Made by a program: the position numbers and the translations under genes
Assembly (NCBI GenBank): GCA_951406725.2
Contig: OX597828.1
Location: 11,594,001 to 11,658,000 of the forward strand
Source of the DNA: Octopus vulgaris
Taxonomy: Eukaryota
DNA length: 64,000 nucleotides
Reading direction: 5' to 3'
Shown: positions 1-13,062 of the stretch, one piece after another
How the letters are laid out: the number at the start of each line of letters is the position of its first letter
Numbering within the stretch: position 1 is the stretch's first letter
The notes under the pieces: model-generated
Databases searched by the model: none
Told to the model about the DNA's origin: nothing
Seen by the model: the letters and a program-made list of their open reading frames with translations, nothing else

Positions 1-2200
1 TTGATACCATCCTTACTTCTATGATCCAAACTTCCAGGTTTAAAGGGATCTAAAAACTTTTCATCAACATTTCATATCAATTTCATGTTAATTTATGTTC
101 CAGTTCCAAACACCAGCTAAATAATGACAAAATTATTGTACTAAAATTTTCATTATCATCATTTCACATCCATTTTCCATGCTGGTATGGGTTGGATAAT
201 TTGACAAGAGCTGGACAGCCAGAGAGCTACCCAGGCTCCAGCTGTTTGTTTTGGCAAGGTTCCTAAGGCTGGCTTTCCTAATGCCAACCACATTGCAGAG
301 TATACTGTGTACACTTTATGTGGTACTGGTAAAGGGTAAAGACCCCCTTCGGTCATGAATAACCATGGGATTGCACCCAGAAAGTTCCTCTCTGAAGCAC
401 AAGTCTGGGCAAAGTTGTTTATGGAAGACCAGCAGTTGTCCATGCATACCACCTTCCCCACTCCATGCCACCAATGTTATCCAAGGCAAAGGCCATTGCA
501 GCTTGCTACCAGTGACATTGCAACTTACTTCTACAGCTGAGTGAACTGGAGCAACCGAAAAAAAGTGTCTTGCTTAAGAACACAACACAACACATGGTCC
601 GGTCGGGGAATCAAACTCACTACCTCAGGATAGTGAGCTCAACACTCTAACCACTGAGTCAGGTGCCTTCACTATGTGGTTCTCATACAGGTACTCATAT
701 ACCGTACCGGTATTTACAATGTGGCACCAGCACAGGTGTTTCTTATGTGACACAGATACAGGTGCTTTTTACATGACACCGTGACACTGACACAGGTGCT
801 TTTTAAGGGGCACTATCATCATCATCATCATCATCACCATCGTTTAATGTCAATCTTCCTTGCTGGCATGAGTAGAATGGTTCAATAGGAGCCAGCCACG
901 TAGAAGATTACACCCAGCTACTGTGTCTGTTTTGGCATGGTTTTTACGGCTGAATGCTCTTCCTAATACCAACCACCCAACCAAGCAGACTGAGTGCTTT
1001 TTACATGGTACCAGAAGAAGCGAGGTCAATTTTGGTATGGATTTTTTTACAGCTGTATGCCCTTCCGAATGCCAACCACTTCACAGTGTGAACTGGATGC
1101 ATGGGTGCCATGATTTAAACATTTATTGCTGCGAAAGAAGAGAATTCAAAGTGAAATATGGTAGCAAAACTGTTGAGAACTGTTTGTGCTTGAGCAAGTT
1201 TGGCTGATAGTAGGTAACACTTCAACTTCCCAGTTAGGATTAAATGGTAAGGAAGGGATCTACTATAAAAAAAAAAAAACTGTAGTGAGATTTGACAATA
1301 GAAGACAGACTTGGTAAAGATAGAGCAAAGAGCTAAGACACAGGGAGGTTGGATCTTACTAGATTTGGTTCTTACAGATGAAATTGAATGACAGATCACC
1401 AAGATAAATGAAGGATGCTGTTATGCAGTCCTACCCAACCCAAACAAGTTTGGGAAAATGGCCATTAAACCAGTGATATTGGTGATGGTAATGATAAAAT
1501 CGAAGATGGTGATGATGAAACTAAGAGTGATGGCAATGGCGATAGTGATAATAACAATGATGATGAAAACAAGGATGGTAATGAAAATGATGAATGATGA
1601 TGGCGAGGAGGAGGGTGATGAGGACAATGAAAACAACAATGATAGTTAATGATGTAACTAGAAAAAAAAATGATATGAGTCATGGTCTGCGTATTTCTGA
1701 ATCTCTCACAGGGCAAGTACTGAAATCTGATCTAAAAACATTGGGGTCCCCCAAAAATGGGATTTTGGAACACACACACGCACGAACAATTGGAAACACA
1801 GAATCATCAAACTTATGACAACATGGAAAAAAAAGAACACGATGATCATGATGACAATAACAAAGCCACAAACATGAGCAATGAAAACAATTACAAGAAC
1901 AACAACTGTGATGACAATGTAGATAACGATGATGGTGATGATGATGATGATGATACTGGTTACAAGGAAAACAAATAACGACAATAATGATGATGATGAT
2001 GCCGATGACAATAATGACAATCGATAATGGCAACAACAACAATAATGACAACTACAACAACGACGAAAGAAAGATAAGACGAGACGTAAATGCAGCAACA
2101 ACAACTACAACAGCAAAGCAAAAACAAAAAAAAACAAAAAAAAACTATGAATCATAGTCTAAGAATTTCTTAACTTTCAACCAAATCTGAAACACACGAC

Positions 2201-2233
<33 letters not shown>

Positions 2234-2423
2234 TATATATATATCAAAAAATAAAACAGAAGAAAAATGCAAGCGAAAATCTGATAAGTTTCTAGTTTGA
2301 GCCACAAGAACTCAAGAGAGTATGTTATCTTTCTTTCAGTCAGTCACTCAACGACAATTGAGGAGAGATTTTTCTCTTCTTCCTCATATATATATATATA
2401 TAGGTAGATAGATAGATAGATAG

Positions 2424-2459
<36 letters not shown>

Positions 2460-2889
2460 AACCCATTCTTAACATCTTTTGAGTAAAAAAAATTCAGTCC
2501 AATTGTTAATAGTAATGTTTTGGGCCGCAGCGAATAAAAAAATAATAATAATAATAATAATAAATACATAAATATAATAACAAAATAAAAAAAAGAAAAT
2601 TATATAATTTTTTTTTTAAAATCAAATCAAAACAATAGATTTTTAAAACTATAAATCATGTCCCCACCAAAGTAGCAGCAGCAGTAGTAGTTGCAGTAGT
2701 GGTGGTGGTGGTGGTGGTACTAGTAGTAAGTTGATTCAATCAGCCTCAGTGGTTAGATACTGAGACAGATATTATTAATGCAGTCACCGCCGTTGTCGTT
2801 CGCAAGAAACATGAAAGTTTTTATAGTTGGTCTCACCCCCCGACACATCCCTCCCTCACCACTGCACAAATAATTTTAAGATGTAAAAA

Positions 2890-3153
2890 TACTAATACCA
2901 CTAATAATAATAATAATAAAAATAATGATAATAATAATAACAATAATAATAACAACAACAATAATAATAACATTAATAATAATAAAAATAAAAGTAATAA
3001 TAATAAAAATAATAATAATAACAATAATAGTATAATAATAATAATAATAATGATAATAATAATAATAGTATAATAACAATAATAATAATAATAGTATAAT
3101 AATAATAATAATAATAATAAATAATAATAATAATAATGATGATGATGATGATG

Positions 3154-3204
<51 letters not shown>

Positions 3205-3205
3205 G

Positions 3206-3257
<52 letters not shown>

Positions 3258-3310
3258 GTAATAATAATAATGATAATGGTATGATAATAATAATAATAAT
3301 AATAATAAAC

Positions 3311-3350
<40 letters not shown>
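2890..3350. repeat. (AAT)n-rich microsatellite
   Basis: Long AAT/AAC/GAT trinucleotide tract. Confidence 0.95.
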
Positions 3351-3352
<2 letters not shown>

Positions 3353-3669
3353 GCAATGATGATGATAAATGATATAACATGTATTGAATGTATTGAAGCT
3401 GTTGACTGAAATGATCTTTCTATGTTTTATTTTTGTTTCGTCTTGTTTCCTTTGTTTCTGGTTGTGTATTTTTTTTTCATTATTTTCTTTCCAGGCAAGT
3501 TCTTACTTTGTGATGTGATGTCTTTATATCTGTGAGGTCTACAACTAATAACTTGAAAGTAATTGAGCTGACAATGGAGCCCCCCCTCTATGTGGTCATT
3601 CAACTTCCTGGAAATAGCAGCCACATTACTTGAATACCACAGTAGCATGCAAAGTTGCCTGTGCATGTA

Positions 3670-3700
<31 letters not shown>

Positions 3701-4060
3701 CATTATTATATATATATATATATAAAAAGCACCCACTACACTCATGGAGTGGTTGGCGTTAGGAAGGGCATCCAGCTGTAGAAACATTGCCAGATAAGAC
3801 CGGAGCCTGGTGCAGCCTTCTGGCTTCCCAGACCCCCGGTCGAACCGTCCAACCCATGCTAGCATGGAGAACGGACGTTAAACGATGATGATGATGATGA
3901 TGATATATATATAGGAAATTAACTATTTGTAGGACCCATTTGAATAAAGGTATTTTAACATTCAGAATACGAAGTGAGAGTCAAGTTCGAGATGTGTATA
4001 TCCCAAATACAAATACATCCATACATAGTCATACTTATATGGACATATCCATACTCCTAC

Positions 4061-4115
<55 letters not shown>

Positions 4116-4514
4116 TATGTATGTATGTAAATATATTCCCATGCACACAAGATTGTAGGTTCAGGACCTAATACAAGTTTCAGATCCAACGCAGTTTTCC
4201 AGGTATGGTGTTTGGTATAAAATAAGAACACAAATGGGTTAACGTTTCACTACTACTGTTTCACACCTGTGTTTTTTATTGATGATTAATTTGACTACAT
4301 CATGAAACATAAAAACATTTTCTTCAAGTAAATTAAAAATTCAAATTTATTCATCAATAAAAAATCAATCTGAAATAGCTGTAGTAAACCATTAACCCAT
4401 TTGTACTCTTATCATATATATACTCTTTTACTTGTTTCAGTCATTTGACTGTGGCCATGCTGGAGCACTGCCTTTAGTTGAGCTAACTGACCCTAGGACT
4501 TATTCTTTGTAAGT

Positions 4515-4556
4515 CTAGGGTTAGGGTTAGGGTTAGGGTTAGGGTTAGGGTTAGGA
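4515..4556 (+). repeat. Interstitial telomeric repeat (TTAGGG)n
   Basis: CTAGGG + 5 perfect TTAGGG + TTAGGA. Confidence 0.9.
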
Positions 4557-4734
4557 GAGATAAAACCACTATTAGGCAAATCATACAATGAAAACCTTAA
4601 GCCAATACATAAGATTAATTAATTTATATTATTTTAAATATATATCAAAATTATTAAAATTTTTAATAAAACCACTATTAGGCAAATCATACAATGAAAA
4701 ACTTAAGCAAATACATACTCTCTCTCTTTTTTTT

Positions 4735-5145
4735 TTTACTCTTTTTACTTGTTTCAGTCATTTGACTGCGGCCATGCTGGAGCACCGCCTTTAGTCGAGC
4801 AACTCGAAACCCCGGGACTTATTCTTTGTAAGCCCAGTACTTATTCTATCGGTCTCTTTTGCCGAACCGCTAAGAGACGGGGACGTAAACACACCAGCAT
4901 CGGTTGTCAAGCAATGCTAGGGGAACAAACACAGACACACAAACATATTCACACACACTTATATATATATATACATATATACGACAGGCTTCTTTCAGTT
5001 TCCGTCTACCAAATCCACCCACAAGGCATTGGTCGGCCCGGGGCTATAGCAGAAGACACTTGCCCAAGATGCCACGCAGTGGGACTGAACCCGGAACCAT
5101 GTGGTTGGTTAGCAAGCTACTTACCAAACAGCCATTCCTGCGCCT
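4735..5145 (-). mobile_element. tRNA-derived SINE family A (~420 bp), full-length copy. Others at about 21130-21536, 23065-23426, 28000-28420, 28720-29116, 33040-33401, 41950-42330, 61527-61920 (minus) and 40350-40705, 50333-50905 (plus)
   Basis: Head carries Pol III A-box (TGGCTGTGTGG) and B-box (GGTTCAGTCCC) like motifs, an internal (CA/TA)n tract and an AAGAGTAA-type tail; more than 10 copies in the window. Confidence 0.9.
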
Positions 5146-5392
5146 ATAAGATTAATTAATTTATATTATTTTAAATATATATCAAAATTATTAAAATTTT
5201 TAATAATTTTGATATATATTTAAAATAATATAAATTAATTAATCTTATGTATTGGCTTAAGTTTTTCATTGTATGATTTGCCTAATAGTGGTTTTATCTC
5301 TAATTTAATATAATATAATATTTTACTATAAAATTGCATTCAATCCTAAATCTGATTTTTCCCTGTAAGTTTGGATTTATTCCCTAATATTT

Positions 5393-5439
<47 letters not shown>

Positions 5440-6177
5440 CATATATGTGTGTGTGTGCACGTGCATATATATATATATATAGGTCTTTTGGGGGGTTGGG
5501 ACTGAAAATACATATAAACCTGTAACTGGCACTCCATTGGTTATGATGACAAGTGCTCATGAAATTAATGTGCATGTGGCTGAGTATTCCACAGACACAA
5601 GTACCCTTAACATAATTCTCAGGGAGATTCAGCATGACACAGAGTACTACTCATTTTTGCCAGCTGAGTGGACTGGAGCAACATGAAATAAAGTGTTTTG
5701 CTTAACGACACAACATGTCGCCGAGAGTTGAACTCACGACCTTACAACGGTCGGGTTCACTCTTAGTATTCTCATTTGTGGGAGCAGTTGAGTTTATTTC
5801 AGACATTCTCATTTTAAAACTCATCTCCGGCTAATCATTGAGAGGACATTAGTTTTGCCTTGTCGGTGGCTTGCAGTATCTGAGTGCTCTTGTTATTTAA
5901 AATAGTTTGATTTGACTCTCGGCAACTTAAAGTTTTGCAGGCTTTTTACAGAAATCTAGTTCATTCAGTCTCAGATTACTGAATGGAGAAGTACAGGACG
6001 TCCAAGAAGATAGACTGCTATTGTCCATGGTTGGTCACATGGTGTTGTTAGAAGTGAAATTGGCATTTCAGCAACCAACTCCATATGCATTTTATATATG
6101 TATTGTATATATATTGATAGAAATGGTAAGACAAAAGAATGAAAGAGACCTCGATATTATGTAAATAGAGGAATTTA

Positions 6178-6444
6178 TCTGTAAATGTAATATGTGACAA
6201 TTATTCATTAGCCTTGATAAAACTCCGAGTTTTGGATGTCAGGGTGGAAATCCACGCTGCCATCTCTTCAGTTATCTGGCCATCGGAAAAAATGCTATGA
6301 AAAATCCTATGAAAAATTTTTTCATAGCATTTTTTCCGATGGCTGGATAACCAAAGAGATGGCAGCGTGGATTTCCACTCTGTCATCCAAAACTCGGAGT
6401 TTTATCATGGCTAATGAATAATTGACACATATTACATTTACAGA
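6178..6444. repeat. Fold-back (inverted repeat) element, ~125-bp arms, with a hammerhead-like core; probable Penelope-like remnant
   Basis: Arms are near-perfect reverse complements; the minus strand reads CTGAAGA-GATG...CATC-CAAAA-CTCGGAG-TT. Confidence 0.7.
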
Positions 6445-6447
6445 TGT

Positions 6448-6480
<33 letters not shown>

Positions 6481-8334
6481 GTAACTCACACACACGGCAA
6501 TGTTTATTACTTACATTGACACAAGGCCCCAAATTCTTAGAAACAATGAAATGCAAATGTTCACAGAAGAGAAGACTGTGAGCATATTGTGACACAAATG
6601 TTTTGATTCCAAACATAGAAAGTATGAAAAAGTGCCATGAATTAATGTGAGAGGTTTGTATGAAGGAACCACGCTGAAAGTCACAGCAGAAGACTTAACA
6701 TGAAATAAAGACTCTCAGGGAACATAGTTGTATTGCAAACCCAGGCAAAAAGAGTTGTAAAACTGATGTTAATGATGGTAAAGATCTCTCAGCATGGTCA
6801 ATGCCAGTGCTGCCTGACTGGCTCCCATGCCAGTGGCACGTAAAAAGCACCTTTCGAGCATGGTTGATGCCAGTACCGCCTGACTGGCAGTAAAATGCAC
6901 CCACTGCACTCTCGGAGTGGTTGGCGTTAGGAAGGACAGCCAGCTGTAGAAACCTTGCCAGACCAGATTGGAGCCTGGTGCAGCCTCCTGGCTGGCTAGT
7001 CCTCAGACAAACTGTCTAACCCAAGCCACATGGAAAGTGGACGTTAAATGATGATGATGATAACATAAGGGCTGAAAGATTGAGGAAAGTATCATCATCA
7101 TCATCATCATTTACTATCCATTTTCCATGCGAGCTTCAGTTGATGAAATGGACTGCTGACTTGCTCTTTATTGAGACTCTATTTTATCAACCCCCAGAAT
7201 GATGAAAACCAAAATAGGCTTTAGCAGGATTTGACCTCAGAACAAAGAGGTATGTGATAAAATGCTGCAAACTGTTTTTATCTTATGATCTACTAGTTCT
7301 GCTATTCTATTATCATGATGATGATGATGACGATGATAGTGGTGGTGGTGGTAATGATGATGATGATGACAATGATGATGATACTGATGATGACTAGGAT
7401 GATAATTCATAGTCATCAAAACATAACAGTATGACAAAAAAAAAGCATGCAGAATTAAACATTCATCTGATGAGGGTGAATATGATTATGACAATGATGA
7501 TGATGACGATGATGACAATGGTAGTGTGGCAAATGATGACAATGATGAAGATCATGATGATGATAATAGAAAGCATAAAGTAATTAATTATATAATAGAT
7601 TATCACAGATTACGAGGCAAACATGGCTTATCAGATATCATCCAATCATATCAGATATCACATCTTAAGCATGAGCACAATCTAGGTGAGATCACCAATG
7701 TTAGCATATTCATTTTCAAATTGGTATTTAATCTTCGATGACGATGACAGCAATGACAGCGATTATTTTCCCACAGGGGTCGAGGATAGAGGAGGACATG
7801 AAAATCTCAAAATAACACCCGTAAATGTTTGAAGATTAGAGGCCATCATCTTGATGGTGATGTGGCAGCAGATGGAGGACTAAATAAATTGCAGAATTTA
7901 TTACAGTTTGCTTCACCCTGAGTTCAAATCTAGCCAAGGGCAACTCAACCTTTCATCATTTTGGAGTAATAAGATAAATAGCTGTCCAGAATTTGCATGC
8001 AAGCATGCATACATACATTCATAGATAAACACATGAATTCTCCAAATCCAATTTACTAGTGGCACAGTGGTGATTTGTAAGATGCCTGAGATTCTTCAGG
8101 TGAACAGATGCACACACACACGAGTGTGTGCATTGGCAGTTCAACCAACACATGATCTCAGCTGCATGTTTACAGACTCCAGGAACTTTTGGCCTATGGT
8201 CAACTGGTTCTGCTCAAAAAATTTACTGGTTTAATGCAAAAAGTTTTGTGGCTCTGTTAGCAATCAGCTTGAATTCTCTTAAGAACTTAGATAAAACATA
8301 AAGAAAAATCATACTTATAGGTATATATATGTAT

Positions 8335-8625
8335 GTGTGGACATATGTATGTCATTATTCGGTTTTATTTCAAGACGTCTTGCCAATAGAAAAAGAGCTG
8401 GCTTCTAACCTAGATCCAAAGATCCTTCATTGGAATTTCAACAACATCAACAGGGTATTTTTGTATGAATGTATGTATATCTGCAGATTTGTATGTTTTG
8501 CTTTGTGTATGTATGTAATTATTCAGCTTTATTTCAAGATTTCTTGCCAATTGAGAAAGAACCGGTTTCTAACCTAGATCCAAGGCTCCACTGGACTTTC
8601 AACCATTAACAACAGGGTATTTTTG
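8335..8625. repeat. Two diverged tandem copies of a ~170-bp repeat unit followed by a (TATG)n tract
   Basis: ttattc.g.tttatttcaaga...ttgccaat...tctaacctagatccaa occurs twice. Confidence 0.75.
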
Positions 8626-9464
8626 TTTGTATGTATGTATGTATGTATGTATGTGTGTGCGTGCGTATGCATGTATGTATTTATGAATGAATGAATGAAT
8701 GTATGTATGTACATATGTATGTATGTATGTATGCATGTATGTGTGTATGCATGTATGTATGAATGAAGGTATGTATGTACAGATTTGTATGTTTTATGTA
8801 TGCATTCTCATGCCTATGGCTGCATATCGAGACATACTCAAATATATTTAAATGATAAACTTCTCCAAAGTTGTACAGATTTTTACAGTTCCAGTAATGG
8901 TATGTATGTATGTATGCATGCATGTATGTATTCAACTGCTGGGAGTAAGAGATTCCTTGTCTTTTTTTTATACATCTCACAAGGAGAAGGAAATTTCTGA
9001 TGTAACACCTGCGCCCTTATTTGCATCCAAAGATGTAATCTAGTTCTTCTTTTTGAGTGAATATATCATTGCTTAGAAAGTGGAATTGGCTTTATGCAAG
9101 AGCATTCCTCACTTTTAAAAAAAAAAAGCTTCAGGTATAGGCCTCAGGTGAGTTCTAACATCTCTATTACACATTACTTACTATGGCTAGCTGGAGCCAA
9201 ATGAGATAAAATGCACAATGCAAAATTCCATGATGGAATGAAAATGTGTCTGAGTGGGAAGTAACTCTCTGAAGAACATATCTGCTGCAAGAGGAGCCTA
9301 CCATTGCCATATCCATGCGAAAAAGTGTAAGTCTCAATAATGAAAAGCTACATCAGTGCTGCTCTAATCCTTTTTCATTTAAACCAATCATACCTGGCCA
9401 AAATATTTTACTTGCTTGATGTCCATACCAGATAGATCAAGCCTCTCACACCTAGATTTTTTTT

Positions 9465-9771
9465 TGTTTGTTCCTTCTTGAACCATGCCTGGTTCATAAG
9501 GGCCGGTTTCCCGGTTTCCTTGGCGTATAGGTTCTCCACCTGGATGGGAATCCGGTCCATTGCAGGTGGGTTGCAAGATGCAGGAGGAAAGAGTAAGCGA
9601 AAGTTGTGGCGAAAGAGTCAGCAGAAGTTCGCCATTACCATCTGCCGGAGCCGCGTGGAGCTTAGGTGTTTCTCTCATAAACACACACACACATCACCCG
9701 GTCTGAGATTCGAACCCACGATCCCTCGACCGTGAGTCCGCTGCTCTAACCACTAGGCCATGTGCCTCCAC
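9465..9771 (-). mobile_element. tRNA-derived SINE family C (V-domain-like). Others at about 53740-54044 and 56350-56649 (minus); related subfamily at 25732-25955 and 52546-52795 (plus)
   Basis: tRNA-like head (TGGCCTAGTGG...GGTTCGAATC) and a CTGCGATGGAC...CCCGTCCAGG V-SINE-like motif; repeated copies. Confidence 0.85.
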
Positions 9772-10968
9772 TCTCACACCTAGTCTACAATGTCATTCTA
9801 AAAACAGTCACATCATTGGACTCTCAAAGCTATGAGATAATCCATGATTCAATCAAAACAATGTGAATAAATATGCATTACATTATTACATTCCTCAAAA
9901 CTCATTCCTCATGTTTGTTTGTTTGTTTGTGTGGAAAGAGAGTGTTGACAATGAGTAGATAACATACAACCATGTGACTTTTCCCTTATTGAAGTATTGC
10001 ATAACCAGGCATGATCACCATTAGGAACCAATCAACCAATGGGTGGAACTTCAACAGATTTCCATGGTAGCAGAGGTAGGCATCACATATTTCTGAAATG
10101 TAACAGTCACCTCCATAGCTTCAGGTACACAGAAGATGTAGTCTAGGTGTGAGTTGTTGGTTGTGATTTTCTGCTTACTTGAATGGTTGTGTCCCCTACA
10201 GATGTGCCCCATGTTTTGAGTCACTGTCTTCAGTGATCAGCCATAGGTGATCTTGATAACTTTAAATATCTTATTTTCATCTTCATTTGATTCACTGTCT
10301 TTTTTCATTTTCGGTAATCATATCATCATAGAATTTGCCAGAATTGTGTGTGTGTGTGTGTCCATTATACATACATATACTAGCAATTGATAGCAGAATG
10401 TGTCCTGGTAATCAAAAATATCTTGTGATATTTTGTTATGTCCCTTCAGCACTGGGTCGATTGTCTTTTATTTTGCTTTTCTTTCTCTCCTTTATGAGAT
10501 CAATCATCATCCTCATCATCATTGTTTAATACCCGCTTTCCATGCTGGCATTGGTTGGACGGTTTGACTGAGGTCTGACAAGCCAGTGGGCTGCACCAGG
10601 GTCCAATCTGAGCAGGCAATGTTTCTACAGCTGGATGCCCTTCCTAATGCCAACCACTCCGAGAGTGTGGCGGATGCTTTTTTTTACAAGCCATCGGCAT
10701 GGGATCCAGTCAGGGGGGGTTGGCATCGACCACGTTCGGATGGTGCTTTTTCTGTGCCACACTTGACTAAAACCCTTAATGGTTGAGTTCCAGTATGGCC
10801 ATAGCCCAATGACTAAAACAAATATAAGAATAGAACAAAAAGAACATGTAGCAAAATATACTGGAGAAGCTCATCTAATATTTTGTTAACCATTCCAGCA
10901 ACCCCATCAAGGTTTCAAGGAACAAACACTGAAGAATTACAAAAATGCGAAATTTTGATAATTTTTAC

Positions 10969-11074
10969 CTGTAAGAGGAGATCCCATACAGCCTTGCGTA
11001 TATCTGCCAACCTTTTGACTGTATTGACAAAGCCCAGTAGTTTAGTAACACCTGCCTTCACACTTTGGATGCAC
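10969..11074 (-). CDS. COG1: COG1 exon 14 (CIQSVKAGVTKLLGFVNTVKRLADIRKAVWDLLLQ); later exons not found in the window
   Basis: ttatag / gtaaaa; matches CNEDIKNGITNLLMYVKSMKGLAGIRDAMWELL. Confidence 0.95.
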
Positions 11075-11444
11075 CTATAAGGGAAAGAGGGGAAAAAAGG
11101 TAAAGAGAAACTCTAAGTGAGACGAAGACAAAAATTACTCCCAAGAAAAGAAAAAAAAAATAATAACTAAATTTGATAACTCTGCAAGAATAATTGCATG
11201 CAGACATTTACAAAACTGAAAGTAAAATCAAAATATATGCAAATAAATATATAACTGCATACATACACACACACACACGTGTATATAAAATTCTGTCTGA
11301 TGATGTAATGTAATAGCTATGTACTATAAGTGCTCAGGCTGACTTACTGCTAAAGCTCTGGCTCAAACTAAAAAACAGGTGGTGTTGACCTACTCATAGC
11401 CATTCTTTAAACACACATACATACATATATATATCATCATCGCC

Positions 11445-11730
11445 ATCATCGTGGTTTAACGTCCACTTTCCATGCTGGACGGTTTGACTGTGGGCTGGCG
11501 AACCAGATGGCTGCACCAAGCTCCAGTCTTGATCTGGCAGAGTTTCTACAGCTGGATGCCCTTCCTAACGCCAACCACTCCGAGAGCGTATTGGGTGCTT
11601 TTACGTGCCACCGACACGGGGGCCAGTCAGGCGGTACTGGCAACGACCTCGCTCAAATTTTTTTACACATGCCAACAGCACAGGTGCCAGTAAGGTGATG
11701 CTGGTAACGATTCCGCTTGAATGGTGCCTC
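11445..11730 (-). mobile_element. RTE 3'-end element (short LINE remnant or RTE-tailed SINE). Similar copies at about 3725-3903, 6790-7060, 10520-10760, 35490-35715, 43808-44070, 51410-51925, 57612-58040, 58950-59290, 63355-63600
   Basis: Shared GGTTGGCGTTAGGAAGGGCATCCAGC motif and (GAT)n tail, as at the 3' ends of the two RTE copies. Confidence 0.85.
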
Positions 11731-11922
11731 CTATATATATATATATACACACACAGACATACATATGTACATGTATATACATATACGTGCATATACGTAC
11801 ATATATACATATACACACACAAATAAATATATACATATATATGTGTGTACATATATGTATATGCATATGTATATATGCACATATATATATATTGTGTGTG
11901 TGTGTGTAAAATTTTTACTCAC

Positions 11923-12004
11923 GATTCAATCCACTGCTGACAGTTTTCCTGTAAGTGTTGCACAGAGATTGCAGTGACTGTTGCACGCAGAGTTGGATGG
12001 AAGT
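11923..12004 (-). CDS. COG1: COG1 exon 13 ([28 protein letters not shown])
   Basis: ctatag / gtgagt; matches EFQPTLRTLAHPISQEYLKDTLQKWI. Confidence 0.93.
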
Positions 12005-12717
12005 CTATAGAAAAAGACAGCAACGTTAATTACAATGTAAATAAGTGCTCAAGAATGAATTCACGTGAAAAAAAAAAAAAATAATAAATAAAGAAGAAAA
12101 AACGTGAAAGAAAAATGAAAAGATGAAAAAAAAGAAGAATTTGACATCTGTTGGCATAATGAAATTTATGAAAAGCTAACACCATAAATACTAGAATTCA
12201 AAATGAAAGGGGGGGGGGGGCAAAAAAGTACTCAAAAAAACAAAAACAAAAATAAACAGGAAGACTGTCCAGAAATGTGAGAAAGTTTTTATTTATGCTG
12301 TCATAGATTTATGTTTAAGATTCTGTAAATGAAATATTCTGTATTTTAGAATCAAATGTACAACTGGAGTTGAAGTATCAGAGCTGAAAAACACTAAATC
12401 GTGTATAATGTCTAAACCTAAAAAAAAAAAAAAAATTTTTTTTTTTTTAAATGAATCAATAATTTCAGGAAATTCAAAACTCAACAGCAATGAATAAATT
12501 GGCAATAGATGAGATTTGAAAGAAAGATTTAGTGGGGCCTGGTTAAGAAATCAATATTAAAAACACACACACACACAAGACAGACTGGTTACAGAGATAG
12601 CATAAATGGTGAATTTATAAAGGCTGCATGTGGACAGCCTAAGTGGATAGGTGTCGGTCCACCCCAGGTAATGGATGCAAACATGTCCAAAATTATGAGT
12701 GAAAGGGCACCTTCAAT

Positions 12718-13010
12718 CAGTGGTCCCCACCCTTTTGTGCATCAGGGACCAGTTTTGTATAAGACAATGTTTCCACAGACTGCAGGATCATATGCATAAC
12801 AAAAGACAAGAAAGAGTGAAACATATTATGTAATTATTACATATATATTATATTTACAAATGTGTTTTGTAAGATTTGTGATGTGAAATCGTGTGTTGGA
12901 ACAGATATTGTAATATTTCAGGATGGTCATTTTTTTTTTCTCTAAACCAAATAAACACACCCTATATATTCATTCTTCACTTGTTTATTATTATTATTAT
13001 TTTAAGCCCT
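12718..13010 (+). mobile_element. hAT (Charlie/MER1-like) DNA transposon end fragment
   Basis: CAGTGGTCCCCACCCTTTT...CAGGGACCAGTTTT...GACAATGTTTCCACAGAC resembles hAT-Charlie termini (from recall). Confidence 0.55.
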
Positions 13011-13062
13011 GAAATATAACAATATAATATACATATATAAAATTATATACATATATATATAT

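Noticed and set aside
1421-3380. Poly-I/L/Y/D/N ORFs
   Set aside because: Translations of trinucleotide microsatellites.
4749-5159. Recurrent ORFs such as CKPSTYSIGLF or RRHLPKVPCSGTEPGTMW
   Set aside because: Antisense translations of SINE family A, repeated many times in the window.
9690-9771. tRNA gene
   Set aside because: A tRNA-like SINE head continuous with the SINE body; no complete cloverleaf.
1-10968. Next COG1 exon (expected W..C..LL...W motif)
   Set aside because: No convincing match found by eye; it probably lies beyond the window, though I may have missed it.
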